Assembly (NCBI RefSeq): GCF_024521635.1
Contig: NW_026250404.1
Location: 1,984,001-2,048,000, forward strand
DNA length: 64,000 nucleotides
Origin: Tricharina praecox
Lineage: Eukaryota
Direction: 5' to 3'
Of the stretch, positions 47,712 through 61,131 are shown one piece after another. Position 1 is the first letter of the stretch. Each line of letters starts with the position of its first letter. Under the pieces are notes generated by a model. The model had not been told where the DNA came from. It was given only the letters and a program-made list of their open reading frames with translations, and ran no database searches. The translations under genes and the position numbers were made by a program.

Positions 47712-50700
47712 CTCTCCGACGGGAGACGGAGGGATGGAGGGAGGAAGTGATAATGCTCCCACGCGCGCTGAGCAGACGCGGGTGAGAATTAGCGGTGTGG
47801 GGGTTCCCCGAGTCGAGACGGCCGGCGCGGGGCGCGGGGTGCGGTCATTGTGCGTGCGTGTGCTCCATGTATGTATTGTGCTACCCCTCCAGCTGTGGGG
47901 AGCTCGAACTCGACGTGAACTTGCTTTTGGGTTCAGGGGAGGGAGACACGATACGCCCCCCGTCCCCCGCGTGGGGGGAGTGATTCGCTGTGATTGTTTG
48001 ACCGGAGGGTCTTCCATGGGGGGGCTGAGGCTGAGGATGTGGATGTGCATGTGGGTGCGGAGCGGAGGACGTCCGCTGCGTGAGACAGTTCGAATTTTAA
48101 CTTTATGCGCGGGCGTACTATATATATGCATGCCTTGCTTTTGATTTCGACATTTGCTTTTTGGCGCATGGGTATATCACTCGTGGTGCGTGCGTGGGAG
48201 ATGAGTGATAATACGTTCCGCTTCAATCGAGGTGCTAATGGCCATTGGGCGCAGAGCCTTGCAGGATGAATAGCTAGTGACTGTCAGGTCGTATTCGTGA
48301 TCGATAGCCTTGGAATACTCTTTGGCTGTGTGGTGCATACGGTCAACTTCGATCACCTCTCGAACAGCACCGCAGGGAAAGACGCAAGTGTCAACACCAG
48401 TCCGGTATATACAGGTACTGCGGTTGACGCTCAAGACTGCGACCTCTACACAGCCCCTCTCTGCCGTGAAGATAGTACGTGCACTGTGCGTTCGAGTTGT
48501 AGCTCTAACGTCCAGCGCTTTACATGGTTATCACTCGCTTTAAGTATCCTTTTTTGTTGAGTAGGACAACTTCAATTTTCGGCCATCGGGCCGCCTTGCG
48601 AGGTAGGAAAATGGGGAAGAACCGGCTTTGTACAACCGGCTTTGTGGCTGCCATGATCTACCTACACTAGCAAAAAGTGGGGTGCGATTGATGCCGAACA
48701 TCTCCACTATTTAGTACTACCGCTCGGATTTGAATCCAGCAGTCTCAGAGAATACAGTGTCATGCTAATCAAGCAGTTCCTAGACCGTAGTAAAACTACG
48801 ACGACAAAAGTCTTACGGCAGAAATGCCGTGCTGAGCAAAATGCTCCGGTCACTGAATCCGGTATGCATACAGTAGAAACCCTCTAGTTTCAAGAATACG
48901 CACTGTGCAGTGTGAGTAAGACGGGCTGTACGCAAGCAAACATTCACGACATTCTTATAATATCGATAATCGAATGCAATGATGATTAAACAGAAAGAAA
49001 AAACTTCAATTTTCGAAACTTCACTAAAAAGCTGGGTGCTAGGGAAAACTCGTGTTTTAATGTCCCCCTAGTACTCCTCCCCGTAGCCATAGACGCTACT
49101 ATAGAGATGATCCCACCAGTAGCTTCTATGAATCACGATGAGATGTGATGTTACGATCACAAGTCTTTGGGAGTCCAGCATGAGAGCCACCGGTCGCCAG
49201 TCATCCATCTACTATTTATTAATATAGCTCGACTTAGTGGAAGCTTGTTCTAGATGTCACAGGTGTCGAGGGATAGCCCACGTTGCCTGCGCACTCTTCA
49301 TGTCTAATGTTCGAGTGATAATATCGGGTGATAATATCGAGTCCCCAGCTCCGAAGTTCACAATCATCCGTCCCCGCAGTTACCTAGTGGATTATTAGAG
49401 TGTAACTCAGTCCAGGTCGGAATATCCGCACCACTATGCAGAATTTCCCAGGCTTTGGAGGAAAAACCAGAGTCGGATATAACTTTGATGTCGGATCCAG
49501 ATCATCGGGCATGATTCGCCACTCGGCTTTCGACCGGCACCAATACTAGTTAGTCGGGTAGTTAGTGATCCAGTCCCGCCTGCGTTCCCTAGAAAAAGTA
49601 GTCTAGCATCGGCCCGAGGGCTTAGCAGGTTTTCCCCACGGTACATAGGGCTGTAACTACGGTTGAAGCCGTTTTTGTCCGGGGTTCGTATTTTGGTAGC
49701 GATGGGAGTGGTCTGGAGTCGGTTCGGTCCGAGAAACATTGGCGTGTCTGAACGCCACTCCAGTCCCTCGGGAATCTACGACATGTGACCTAATTTGGCC
49801 GAGGACTGTTCTTTTTTTCTTCTCTCTCTTTGAATTCCTTACCGGAATGCTCTTTCTAATTCCAATTTCCCTTTTCCTCGCTTTCAATCCGATACATAGA
49901 CGAGGTACATAGGCGAGTATAAAGATAAACGATATCATGCGCGACATCTGCAAAGTCCAGTGGCCAACTATTGGTTATGGGTAGGCATCATGGCAGATCA
50001 TTCACCTTTACCTGGGTCTACACAGGATGTCGACTGCGAAACGGCTTCTGCCTGCTTGTACCTTTCCCCCCATTCGCCCTCTGGCCTTACCTCCTTCTCT
50101 CACTTATATGTATGTTTCCGTCGTTTCGGTCGCTTGATTTAGTAGGGTGATCGTATCGACGATCTTCAGGAACGTGACCCTTTTCCGTTATGGCTTCCGT
50201 GATTACCAAACTCTCTTTAAGCAGAGTTATGCACCTATGCATAGGTATAATACTTTCTATATAGGTTAAAGATCATAGGAGAGACACATAGACTACGGCT
50301 TTCGTCCGTCTGATCTCGGGATTCCCGAAAACTCAGCTAGTATCATAACCACGCCGGAGTATATAGCACGGATTCGTATTCCAAGCCGGTATTTGCATCT
50401 AGCGAATCATCGACTAGCATTTGACTGGGACGGAGGCCCTCCGGCCCTAGTTGCACTTAAAACCATTACGTACTACTAGGGAGTATAGCGCACTTTTACA
50501 TGTGTATGTACGTCGGGAACGTGGCGCTCGGGAGCGTTGGTCGTATGTTCGACAGAGGATTCCGCAGATAGGTTTCCAAGCAGCGTCAGGCCGCCGGACG
50601 AGGTCTGAGGCCGTACTACTATAGTAATTACTGTATCTATGTAGGGGCCGAAGATGCTTCAGGGATGGCATCGTATTATTATTTTTTAGCTATGTACCAT

Positions 50701-53305
50701 AGGAAGTAGACATTTCGATTGGTAGTTACGGTCTGGCTGGGCACACCTTGAGCCGAAACCTCGCGACATTGCATTTTGCTTACCAACACTTGCAGAATAT
50801 CCCTACACGTACCGAGTGACTGGCATGATTGGTTCGATTTTGACCATACAAACGACATCGCGTCCAACAAAACCCGTGTCTTTTCTTCCCAACTCGAGGG
50901 GAGATTGCAATCCGAAGACTGCCACATGACACAGCGATCAAGATCGAAGCAATTGGCAGAGTTCTTTTTTTCACAATTTGGTTTTTTTTTTTTGATATGT
51001 AAAAAAAATAAGCGGCTCAAGGCGGGGTGTTAACTTCATGTTGGCCCAGGGCGGTCCCAACCATAGCGCAAACTTGCCGTAACAAGTTCTTCCGCCGTAG
51101 ATCTGAAGATTACTACTAGATAGTAGTAGGGTGTCTTCCGTGGAAGGAATCTCGGAAGCGGGGATAAGGGCCGTTTTTTTCGTGTGGAGACTGCAAGCGA
51201 GGTCTTGATGGACGGCTATGGTCCGCGCGAGTGCGAATCAACCCGAAAATGGGGTGGTGGCTTCACCACTTATCATTCCTCTCGCGGTCCTGTCGAGCCC
51301 ATGTTTGCTCGCCTTAGGACGGTAGCTATAGTATACCAGACTGGCAATCGCTAGTTAACTACCGATCAAGGTGTTTCTATGCATGTACCGGTATGCATAG
51401 TAGAGCACTTATCTGCCGGCTCTGACGGAAGGAAGGACACATCCTTCTGCGACTTCCAATGCATGGGGTCCGTATGCATACATCGTCAGAGATGGCAGGC
51501 TTGGCCCTCTACTTATACGGCATGCCGGTATGCCGGCAAACTGTGACGCTGACGCTACACTGCCGGCCGGTACTGCTCTACCTCAGCATCAGGACTTGTG
51601 AGTTTCAGTGCTTCAAGAGAAGAAACTGACAACCTCAAGAGTGGCACCAATCAACCAAGATGTGGCCAGTTCCGGTAACGCGGCATGAACTTTCGATCTT
51701 GCTTCTCTTCTGTTGTACCAACGTAGGTACCTGACATCGCCTACATACCAACCACCGGGTTTGGCACCACCAGTTTTTTTAATAATTCACAGGATCCAGA
51801 TCCACGCGGACGGTTGGGGGAGGCGCTACTATAGATAGTACGCCGTTAACTACCTTCCAACAGGAATCGGTTGGACCCCGAGATCACAGCATTCCGTGCC
51901 TGACGGAAATCGAGTATGGGAAGGTTTATATCCGTAGTGGTCCCACTTCAGCGCGTATCGCCAGTCGGAAGAGTTATATACCTCGCCAAGTATATATATA
52001 CCGGCACATTCTGCCGTAGCCTGTAGAAACTTGTGTCTCGAGTAGACGCTCCTTCAACCGTCCATCCGATTGATAAAGTTGAGGGTTTCTGGACGACGTG
52101 AGGTGCTTTTGGGAATCCGGGTGTTCCGAATGGCTTTTTTCTTCCTGTTGTCTCTGGGCGGGATTGAGAGTTGGCCTCTTTGATGAGGCGGTTCTGTCTA
52201 TACGGAACAGCCGAGACAGTTCTCTGCCTATAACCACGGAACGGACGGTGGATTGGTGTTGCTGTGGATCCTGTGGATCCTGATACGAGGAAGCGCTCCA
52301 CCGGTATTCGAACTACATACGGTTATCAATGAACTGGGGAAGATCATGTTGATCTGCTAGCGCACGACCCTCCTTTTTACGTACACAAGCTGTCAGTGGT
52401 AGTTATATCGGAGCTGTCTCCACCCTCCACCCTAAGCCCGGCCACGGACTGAATTTGATCTGGAGGCATTGCTTTCCACGAGTAATTACTACACGACAAT
52501 GGATGAGGGAACGCGAGCGACTGCTATGGTCGTGGATACGGAGTTCCAGTCAACCACACAGGCTCAGCCTCTTTAATGCTTTGACTCTCGGAGTTGATCT
52601 GTAGTCATGGGATTAGGTCAGAGCGATCAGATCTCCCCGAACCAGAAGCGCGGGTTCAGGTTGGGGACTCGGTCCTTTGACGCCAAGCTAGCCATCCGTT
52701 ATGTGGAAACTGGTATTGCTTCAGCGGGCGCCCACAGGGGCAGGACCTATGTATGTAGGTGGTCATGTCAGCGAAGCGAGCTTATGTGGCGGTCTCTGAA
52801 TTTTTCCTTCACGGACTGACACCCACCAGGAACGAAAGTTTGGTTGGGGAACACGTGTGTGGTGACTTCAGCGAACGTAGGTTTCAAATATCGATAATGC
52901 AACGTGATATTGCAACGAAACTGTAGTGCTAGCATCGGCTTCCATGTCACGGATCGACTCGCTGTGTCGTATCCTGTGGGGCCCGGCCGCGGACGGAGGT
53001 ACATTACTTTTTCTCGCCGTGACCGCACCAAACCAGGGTAGGTGATCTTGGTGGTGCACATTGTGGGGAGAGGTTCTTCGATTGGATTGGTACGCACTAG
53101 GAAGGATGCGGAATATGGCGCCCTACTCCATCAGTTCGTGCGGTGGATTGTCTATAGTATATCTCTACTCCCCCATTCCCCATGGCTGGGATTTACTCCT
53201 GAAGGAGTGCGAATCGGATGCAGGAAGTTGACGCCCAAGACAGTGAAAAACCGACGATATCACCATCCCGCACCGGCCACGTCGAGAACCGAATCACGAA
53301 ACGCG

Positions 53306-54726
53306 ATGAGTACGAATGACACGGCCTCCGAAGTGGACCTCTCGGAGAGTAGACAGGGAGAGCTCAGGACGACGGTTTATTCCATCACGATTTTGGCCGC
53401 GGTGTTTGTGGCCTTACGGTTTGCCGCAAGAGTTCAGCGGGGTGCAACGTTTGGAATCGACGATTGGATGCTGGTGGTAGCGCTGGTGAGGATTCGATTG
53501 CCGCAGTAGACTGGGACTGGAGACGGATAGTTGCTTACTTGTAAACAGGTGTTTTTGTTCGGTCTTGCTTCTCTGTGCCTACTATGTATGAAGTTATGGG
53601 GATTCCTAGAAGTGAAAGTCTGGCTGATATGTTTTACAGTAATACACTATGGAATGGGATTACATGCTGGAGCGCTGAGCCCGTACGAATTGACACAAAT
53701 CCTGAAGGTATGTACAAGTAATGGCGGTACTCTGGCACATTCTGGACAGTTACTGACAAGGAGTCCAAATAGACATTAGTAGCCCAAGAGGTCTTCTATG
53801 TCACCACCAACGGCCTCATCAAGGTCTCCCTCCTTCTAATGTACTGCCGGATCTTTACCTTCGAACGAATCAAGTGGCCGGTGCTAGTATGCGGTTTCCT
53901 CGCGGTTGGCTGGAGCGGCTCCATCGTCTTCGTCTCGGTCTTTCAGTGCAACCCCGTACGAAAAGCATGGAATCCTTTCATGCCGGGGGAATGTATCGCG
54001 CTTAAGACTGCGTTCATTGCGACGGGTGTGCCGAATATCGTTACAGGTAGTCTCCTCAATCTCTCGCATGGCCGGTGCCGTGTTCTGATACTTTGATAGA
54101 TATCCTCATTCTTTGCGTGCCTGCACCCTTAGTATGGGGATTAAACACCACCATGCCCCGACGACTATCGCTACTGTTCATCTTCTCGCTCGGCAGCTTC
54201 GTAGTCTTCGCCAGCATCTACCGCTTCATCACAATCTTCGACTTCGAGACCTCCGATACCTCCTGTTGGTTCCTCCGTGCCCTCACATCCAACACATACT
54301 AACCATACCGCAGGGACTCTAGCCAAAGCCGTAATCTGGTGTCTCGTCGAATGTTCCGCCGGCGTGATCTCCGCGTGTCTCCCGACCCTTCGGCCCCTCA
54401 TCAAACTGGTGGCCGGCGGCTTCAACAGCACCAACAAAAACTCAGAACAGGCACCAACATATGGTCCCGCACAACTCCACGTCCCGACGATAGGTGGCAG
54501 CGGGAATAAATCCAAGCAGCGGCACTTTAAGCGGATAGACGATATGGTCCTGCGGCCGGATTGCAATGAACGCAACGTTACGAGCACCATTGAACGCGGA
54601 GAGTTGGGCAGCGCGGGGGGTCACAGCGATGAGATCCCGCTCAATGCGATAGGTGTGAGAACCGATGTCGAATGGAGTGAAAGGAGCTCGATTGGAGTGG
54701 CCGACAAAGGGGAGGTGGGTTTGTGA
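53306..54726 (+). CDS. PTH11-like (fungal rhodopsin-domain) 7-TM integral membrane protein without a CFEM domain, about 6 exons
   Basis: FVALRFAAR...FGIDDW, YGMGLH, IKVSLLLMYCRIF, VFQCNPVRKAW, NIVTDILIL..P.PLVW and VECSAGVISACLPTLRPL, joined across GT-AG introns. Confidence 0.88.
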
Positions 54727-55040
54727 TCACTTGGAGAAAATTGGTGTTTGGGGTTTACATTTTAGCGATCGATTTGAGGGGGTTATTTGTTTGTGTTTTG
54801 GCCCGTGGGAAATCCGGGTCTTCCCATATAGGGTGGGAATTCTGTATATTTTCTCAGCAGGCGCACTGTAAATATTTCCATGATAGACTTCAAGTAATGA
54901 TAATAGACGAACCATACTGGCTGACCGATGAATTTTGATAACGCGAGGCGTAAATCTCCTTCACGATCAATAATTTCCACCTAGATTATACATACAGAAC
55001 AGAACATAAACAACGGCTGGCTACCACATACTCCCAATAT

Positions 55041-55940
55041 CTACAACCGTCCGCCTCTACCCAAAGCAATCGCCTTCTTCTCCATCCCGGTTTTTGCGCC
55101 CAACGCAACTCCCTCGACGATCTTGCTAGGTACACTCAAGAACGGGAAATGGCCTGAGCGGATTCTGAACAAAATTGCATCCGGTCCCAACAACGTGGAC
55201 ATATGTTCCTGCACCGGTTGGCTGAGACCCTCGTCGCCCTATCCACACAGTCAGCGGAAGAAAAAGGAAGTGAGAGGGAAGAAAAGCTACCTCGCAGATA
55301 ATGTACATGCATGGCATGTCGTTCCATGGCTCGTAGGTCACGGGATTGGTGAATGCTCCCCGAGAGGTGTGTGTTTGACGTTTACCCCAGTACTGTTTAT
55401 CGGCTTCCGGGAGGTCGAAGTAAAACTCAAACGTTTCCGGACCGGTACGGACGTAATCTCCCTGTGTTCATGTTAACCAACTGCGAATTGTCGGCGGCGG
55501 GAGGGAGGGGGGTGTAAACTACGTACGTCGATTCTCATCCACGGCAACCATTGACCGCCGAGCATATCCAGCAGGCTCTTGCCCTTCGGAATCGCAAACG
55601 CCGTCATAAACACGACCATAACCACGCCACCCTTCTTTCCCGCCTGAGCTCTCTGCACCGCTCCTAAGCCCTCAACCGCACACGCACCCACGCATCCGCC
55701 GTACGAGTGACACACAACGACAATGTCCTTCCCCTCGTCTGCGAGCTTCACCAAGCGCGAACGGAAGCTCGCTACGTCGTCGTAAAGTGTCTTGTTTGGT
55801 GGCTCTGCGCCGATGGTGGGGTGGGCAAGGGCCTCGGCGGGAAACCCGGCGTCGTTGAAGAGGGATATCACCTTGCCGAAGATGTCCGGGTACATCCACG
55901 CACCAGGGGATATCACGACAGTGGGCTTGGTGCTGTGCAT
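55041..55940 (-). CDS. Alpha/beta-hydrolase fold protein (Abhydrolase_6-like), 3 exons
   Basis: KPTVVISPGAW, nucleophile motif CHSYGG, acid in YIICEGD and His in SGHFPFLS. Introns at about 55462-55526 and 55240-55290. TAG at 55041-55043. Confidence 0.88.
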
Positions 55941-57558
55941 TGCGAATTGTGGAGGATATCAATTGCAATTGAATCGATAGGGAGTGTCTTTTTTCCGGGG
56001 ATGATGATGGGGCAACATCACACTTATGGGGGAAGTTATAAATCCGATTCTCTCCCCCATCATTGCGTTGAGCCGAAGCACGCTGCATGCTGCATGCGTT
56101 TATGTGGGCGGCCAAGAGAACCGGTCTAAAATCCTCAAGGAACGTACATACCACCGCCCCACCTCGGACGCGGAATCGGATCATGTTGGGACTTCGGTTG
56201 TAATAGTTAGAGGAATCGTGGCATTTTCCAGGGTGTTGTTTGGACCAGGTTTAGGTACGAACCACGCTTGCCGTGAGCAGAAGGTTGAGCTACAAGGAAA
56301 CCCCAAGGCAAGCGAGTGAAATATCATGTCTGACCAGGCGATTCGGAGATTCCTGCAAGGCATGTGCACGAAGCTTGTAGTCTCGCTCGGCAGGCCCCGG
56401 CTGCGGTGTACTGCATCTACCATCCACCCGATGATTTAGATGACTTCCCCTGGGCTAGAATACGATGCCATAGTTTCCCGGAGTTCCACTTACCCACAAT
56501 GCAGTGACGCCGCGTGAGTGCGTAACGGCTGTTCGGTTTCTCAAGACGAGGTACTGGGTGGTGGAAGTGGTGTTTCCGACGCGCAGTAAGCGCCCCGACA
56601 TTAATTCAGGTACATGATTTCAAGTAGAGTGAACCCAACTGTCTGCGTAGGATCCACTTCTCTGGAAGCCAGGAGTTTGAATAGGTAGTTCGGTGTAAAT
56701 GCGGTGGAGACGTTTTTCGGATGATGGAACAAAAAGGAAAGGTAGAATCGCTTGGGTGATTTTTGCTTGTTCTTCGGAGCCTATCAGATCCAGAGACATC
56801 TTATTTCTGTCCAAGAGTCCGCCCCCGCGGTAAAAAGTAAGAGCCGGGTGCGGTAACGGCAGTAGGTAGGATAGGTTCTGCGAATGTCACTCACTGTGGG
56901 CGCTGCTGTATTCTTGACCGCGGACATAGTTCCCGGACAGGTAGTAACGAACTGTACGGTAGTGGTGTTTTTACCTGTACCTGAATAGAGCGAGCAGAAG
57001 AGGTAATTTAGTTTGGTTCGCCATAGTTTGGGAAAGACCATATGCGAGATAAATTAATGTTCCCCCATTGGTTCCCGGTCAGATAACAGCAGATATTAAG
57101 ATCGCCGCTCACGCGGTTACCCATAGCCGCAGCTTGTATTGCCACAAAGTGCGATATCTTACAACCTTAACCGCCGAAATCTTCTACATATCTGACGAAG
57201 AGGGTCATTTCAACTTTAATGGCAACATTAAAATTCAACATCGAATTGAGCAAGCAAGCGAGTGAATCCGCAGTCTCCCTTCCTCCCCCCTCCGCCACAT
57301 ACATACACCACACCTCCTCATCATCAGTTTGTTCGTTCATATGTTCATCACCCACAATCCCCAACCAGCCCATGGACAAAAAGAAAAGTTTTGGGTTCCA
57401 AATCACATCAACTCCCCTTCCTTAAGTAATGTACGATCCCACCCAAAAGCGCAGCAAAACTAAAGGAAAAAGAAAGAAAGAAGACGCAACCTTTAAAATT
57501 GCAAAAAACCCAGCATGATAAACACCACACAGCATACACCAATTTTGTTGTTTTGAGT

Positions 57559-58724
57559 TTACGTGGTACCGTAATGCTTGAGCTGTACCTCGTCGTCATC
57601 TCCTTCTAGCCTCTTGGTCTCTGCTCGGAGTGCGGTGAGATCGAAATCAGCGTCGTCGTCTTCGCTCTCGTCTTCGCTCTCGTTCTGCCAGTCGCCCTTC
57701 TCGAACATGGCTCTTCCAGTGGCTTCCTTGGCAAGGCGAGCCTCCTCCTCGACTTCCTTCTTGGATTTGCGCTCCGCTTTCCACTTGTTGAAGCTCTCCT
57801 CGGTGACGGGGGTTCCACCTCCGGTGAGCTCGGCTCTGCAAAACGGGTTAGTGGCGAGTGGCCAGGGAGAATCGAAGGACATACCGTCGGGCTTCCAAAA
57901 AGTCCTCAAGTGTAAGAGTGGCCATCGGTGACTTGTCCATGAGCGCCTTCTCCGCCGCTCTCTGCTCTTTGGTCTTCAAGACGAAGCCTGGGGGCAGCGA
58001 GTGCTTGTACATACACTCGTCACCACCATTCGGACCTACACTCTCAACCATCAGTATCCACCCACGATAATTGGTGCTAGTCGGGACGATATACAAGTCC
58101 AGAACCATCCGTACTTCTGGTTCTCCACAGCTTCGATGAAGAACTTGCAGACCTTGTCGGTAGTAGTCTTTGGGTTTCCGTGCTTGCTGTTAACGACCTC
58201 TCGCAGTTTCGCCTCGTCCCAGTTCTCCATAGAGTCCTCCTTCTTGGTGACATCCTTCCCTCTCGCGTCTTCGTAGAGGTTCTTCCTCTCCTGTTTCCGC
58301 TCCACCGCCGGATCGTGGGAGAATTTACACTTCTTGCCTGTCTTTAATCAGCACACCTCAACGACCCTACATCCCACGTCAAGTTGGTAAACTCACCCTT
58401 TTCACACCCTCCCTTCTTGAAGAACACACACAGCACAGTCTTGGGATCAACCCCAAAGGGAACCTTTTGGACCTGAACGGGTTTAAACAATTCCGCAGTC
58501 TCGCGCTTCGCATCCTCAGCAGCCCTCTTCTCCGCCTCCTTCCGCTCCTTCTCCTCACGCTTCCGCTTCTCCTCCATAGTACCGGCTGCTGCTGCCTGCG
58601 TCTGGAACTTATGTATCTCCTTCTGCGCCTTTCCTCCCTTCTTGTTTTTCATTCCGAAGGCCTTGTCAGCGACCACCTTGGTGGTCGACGGCTTCGCGCC
58701 GCCCTTGGGCTGTTTTGGAGGCAT
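57559..58724 (-). CDS. TMA46: Translation machinery-associated protein 46 (CCCH zinc fingers, DRG-family regulator), 4 exons
   Basis: MPPK...[82 protein letters not shown] and [12 protein letters not shown]. Confidence 0.95.
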
Positions 58725-59091
58725 TGTGTCGTGTGCGTGTGGACAAAGAAGGTGTGGTGCGGGTGTGTATATCTATCTTTAGAGGATACTGTCAGCTTGG
58801 TCGTCCCAATTGATAGTAGGAGATGTACTCAAAGAACTCACGGCTTCAACTTCTTCACTTCACTTAACTTCACCGGTGGGGTGTAGACTGCGGTTTCGTG
58901 CAGTCCCCCTAGCGGTCGGCGGGGCAAGTTTCGCCCTTCTTGGCGTGCTGCATTCTATCCGAGTACCACGTAGCCGTCATCCTGGCCCTGCGGCAGGCAA
59001 CTCACGTAACCACCCCAGCTTCTTAACACCTATCAACACCTTACGCAACGCAACACAACACCTCGAACAAACAACACAACAGAAAGCAACA

Positions 59092-59250
59092 ATGATCACC
59101 GACAAAGAGCTCAACTCCCTCGCAATCTTCCTCGGAACCCTCACAATGTCACTCATTGTGCTGTACCACTTCCTGTCGGTCAATTCCGACAAGAACAGCA
59201 GCAGAAAGAAGCTCGAGGGTGCGCCAGTATCCGTAGTTGTTGCAAAATAA
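59092..59250 (+). CDS. OST4: Oligosaccharyltransferase small subunit Ost4 (52 aa)
   Basis: MITDKELNSLAIFLGTLTMSLIVLYHFLSVN matches the Ost4 family pattern. The ATG follows an A/C-rich leader. Confidence 0.92.
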   Translation: MITDKELNSLAIFLGTLTMSLIVLYHFLSVNSDKNSSRKKLEGAPVSVVVAK

Positions 59251-59367
59251 CTGGTATGTCGGACTGAGCTGCTGGAGGTGAAGGATGTAGAGGCTAACTG
59301 GACATCCTTAGGTGCGACGCTCAATACACGCGTGTTTATTATTACCGGTTATGTACGATATTTGGGC

Positions 59368-59411
59368 AGCGGGAGTGGAAGCGGGAGTGGAAGCGGGAGT
59401 GGAAGCGGAAG
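59368..59411. repeat. (GCGGGAGTGGAA)n minisatellite, about 3.5 copies
   Basis: Seen directly. Confidence 0.85.
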
Positions 59412-59777
59412 CTTGAAGTTTCCAGACGGAAAAAGACAGCTAGGAGGGAGTAATTCTGGCTGGCTGGATGGGTAGATTTTGAGCTCGGTGTTGGTTTCTG
59501 GGAGTCATTGGCACGGGTCTGGTCTTTCTGATACCTTTTGTTTGCCTGTCTATCCCACCATCATTCACATGCAATGGTTGCGGACACACACACAGACACT
59601 CGACGCTGGAACAGCAACTCGACGTTTTTCATTCTTCGTGCTTGCGGGAAAAAAAAAGATTCAAAAAGGAAACCCAGAAATCCATCGATTTAGAAGGTGC
59701 AGGACAATATGCTTGAAAGAAACCCGCACTACGCCTTTCGCCATAGCTCAGTAGACTTACAACACGCCCGCGACGAT

Positions 59778-60856
59778 CTAGTTCACCTCCTCAATCTTCT
59801 TTGAGGCAGGGACACTAGCGTCCATCTCGATGGCGGTCTCCTCCTGCTCAGTGACTTCCTTCTGCTGATCCTTAGGAATGGCCTCGAGCTCGGGCATGTC
59901 CTCCTATTGAACCATTAGCTCACGCACTTCACGATTCATTCGGGAGGGAATTTCGTACGTCGTCGTCGTCGCCACCCGGAACGCCGCCCATTCCCTGCAT
60001 CATGCTGGCCATGTCCATGCCTCCCATTCCGCCGGCACCGCCCATACCCTGCATCATGCTCGCCATGTCCATGCCTCCCATACCGCCGGCACCGCCCTGA
60101 CCACCCATCATCTTGGCGAAGTCAAGACCGCCCATACCGCCACCCATGCCGCCCATGCCACCGTCCATGTCGCCGTCCATGTCGTTGCCGGCGGGGATGG
60201 CGGGCTCCTCAGCCTCATCCTGCTCATCCTCATCGACCCACTACAGCGAATGCCAATCAGCACGGGAATCATCACACTACCACCGCAACGGGCAGATAGA
60301 CAGGAAGGATCACAAACCTTGTTGAAGTCGGTCTTGATGAACTGCAGCTTCTTGGGCTCCTTCGCGAGTCTCGGCCAGAACTCAGCCTTGATCTCCTTCT
60401 TCCGCAGAACGAACTCGACACCGCGGCCAGAGTGATGGGTCTTGGAGAGCTTCTCGTCGATCTCGGCGTAGAACTCGAGGTCGAGGGCGTACTTCCTCCA
60501 CTTGTTCTCGCCGGAGAAGCTGAGCTTGGTGGCTGTGAGCTCAACCTTCAAAGAGTCCTTGGGAATGTCGGCCGCCGTTATGGTCAGATAGACGACGTTC
60601 TTCTCATCGTCGTCGATAGAAGAGCGCTGGGCCCAAAGGACTGAGGCGCAGGTCGTGTTAGCTGTGCGTCTCGGAAAATGATAGGATTGGATGAAGATGC
60701 TGCGTGTCAATGGGGCAGGCGGGATATGTGCGGTTGAAACGGGCAGTTCAATACAGCGACATCGCAGAGACGGGACAAGGATCGGGAATCGACAGGACCG
60801 CGGGGTAGGAGATTTGGATTGGGGAACGTACCTTCGGGAGTAACTGGTGCAGACAT
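59778..60856 (-). CDS. SBA1: Hsp90 co-chaperone p23 (Sba1/Wos2), 4 exons
   Basis: MSAPVTPEVLWAQRS, EFWPRLAKEPKKLQFIKTDFNKWVDEDEQDE and a Gly/Met-rich tail. First intron 60641-60831. TAG at 59778-59780. Confidence 0.95.
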
Positions 60857-61111
60857 ATTTGTAAAGGTAAGGATGTGGAGTTTATGTTATGTCGTTGTAG
60901 GCGGCGATGGGGATTGTTGATTACGGGGGGATGGTGGGTTTGTGTAGGAGTAGGTAGGAAGGAGGTGTGGGCGAGAAGAAGATGGGAAGAACAATGCTTT
61001 GCTTAGTTGATTTGGGGTTGGTGTATTCCTTCAGTTCGGTGGGGCAGGCAGAGAGGAGTAACTAGCGGGCGGATCCGTCGCTGAACCTGCGTCACAGCAG
61101 AAGAAGCGCAG

Positions 61112-61131
61112 CGAAACTTATAGAACATTCC
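61112..61131. promoter_or_regulatory. Putative heat-shock element upstream of SBA1
   Basis: cGAAa-cTTAt-aGAAc-aTTCc: four alternating nGAAn units with one mismatch, about 255 bp upstream of the p23 ATG. Confidence 0.5.

Noticed and set aside
48711..48795. tRNA-like T-arm (minus strand GGATTCAAATCC) and a faint U6-like word pattern
   Set aside because: No valid D-arm, anticodon arm or 7-bp acceptor stem, and the U6 ACAGAGA box is absent.
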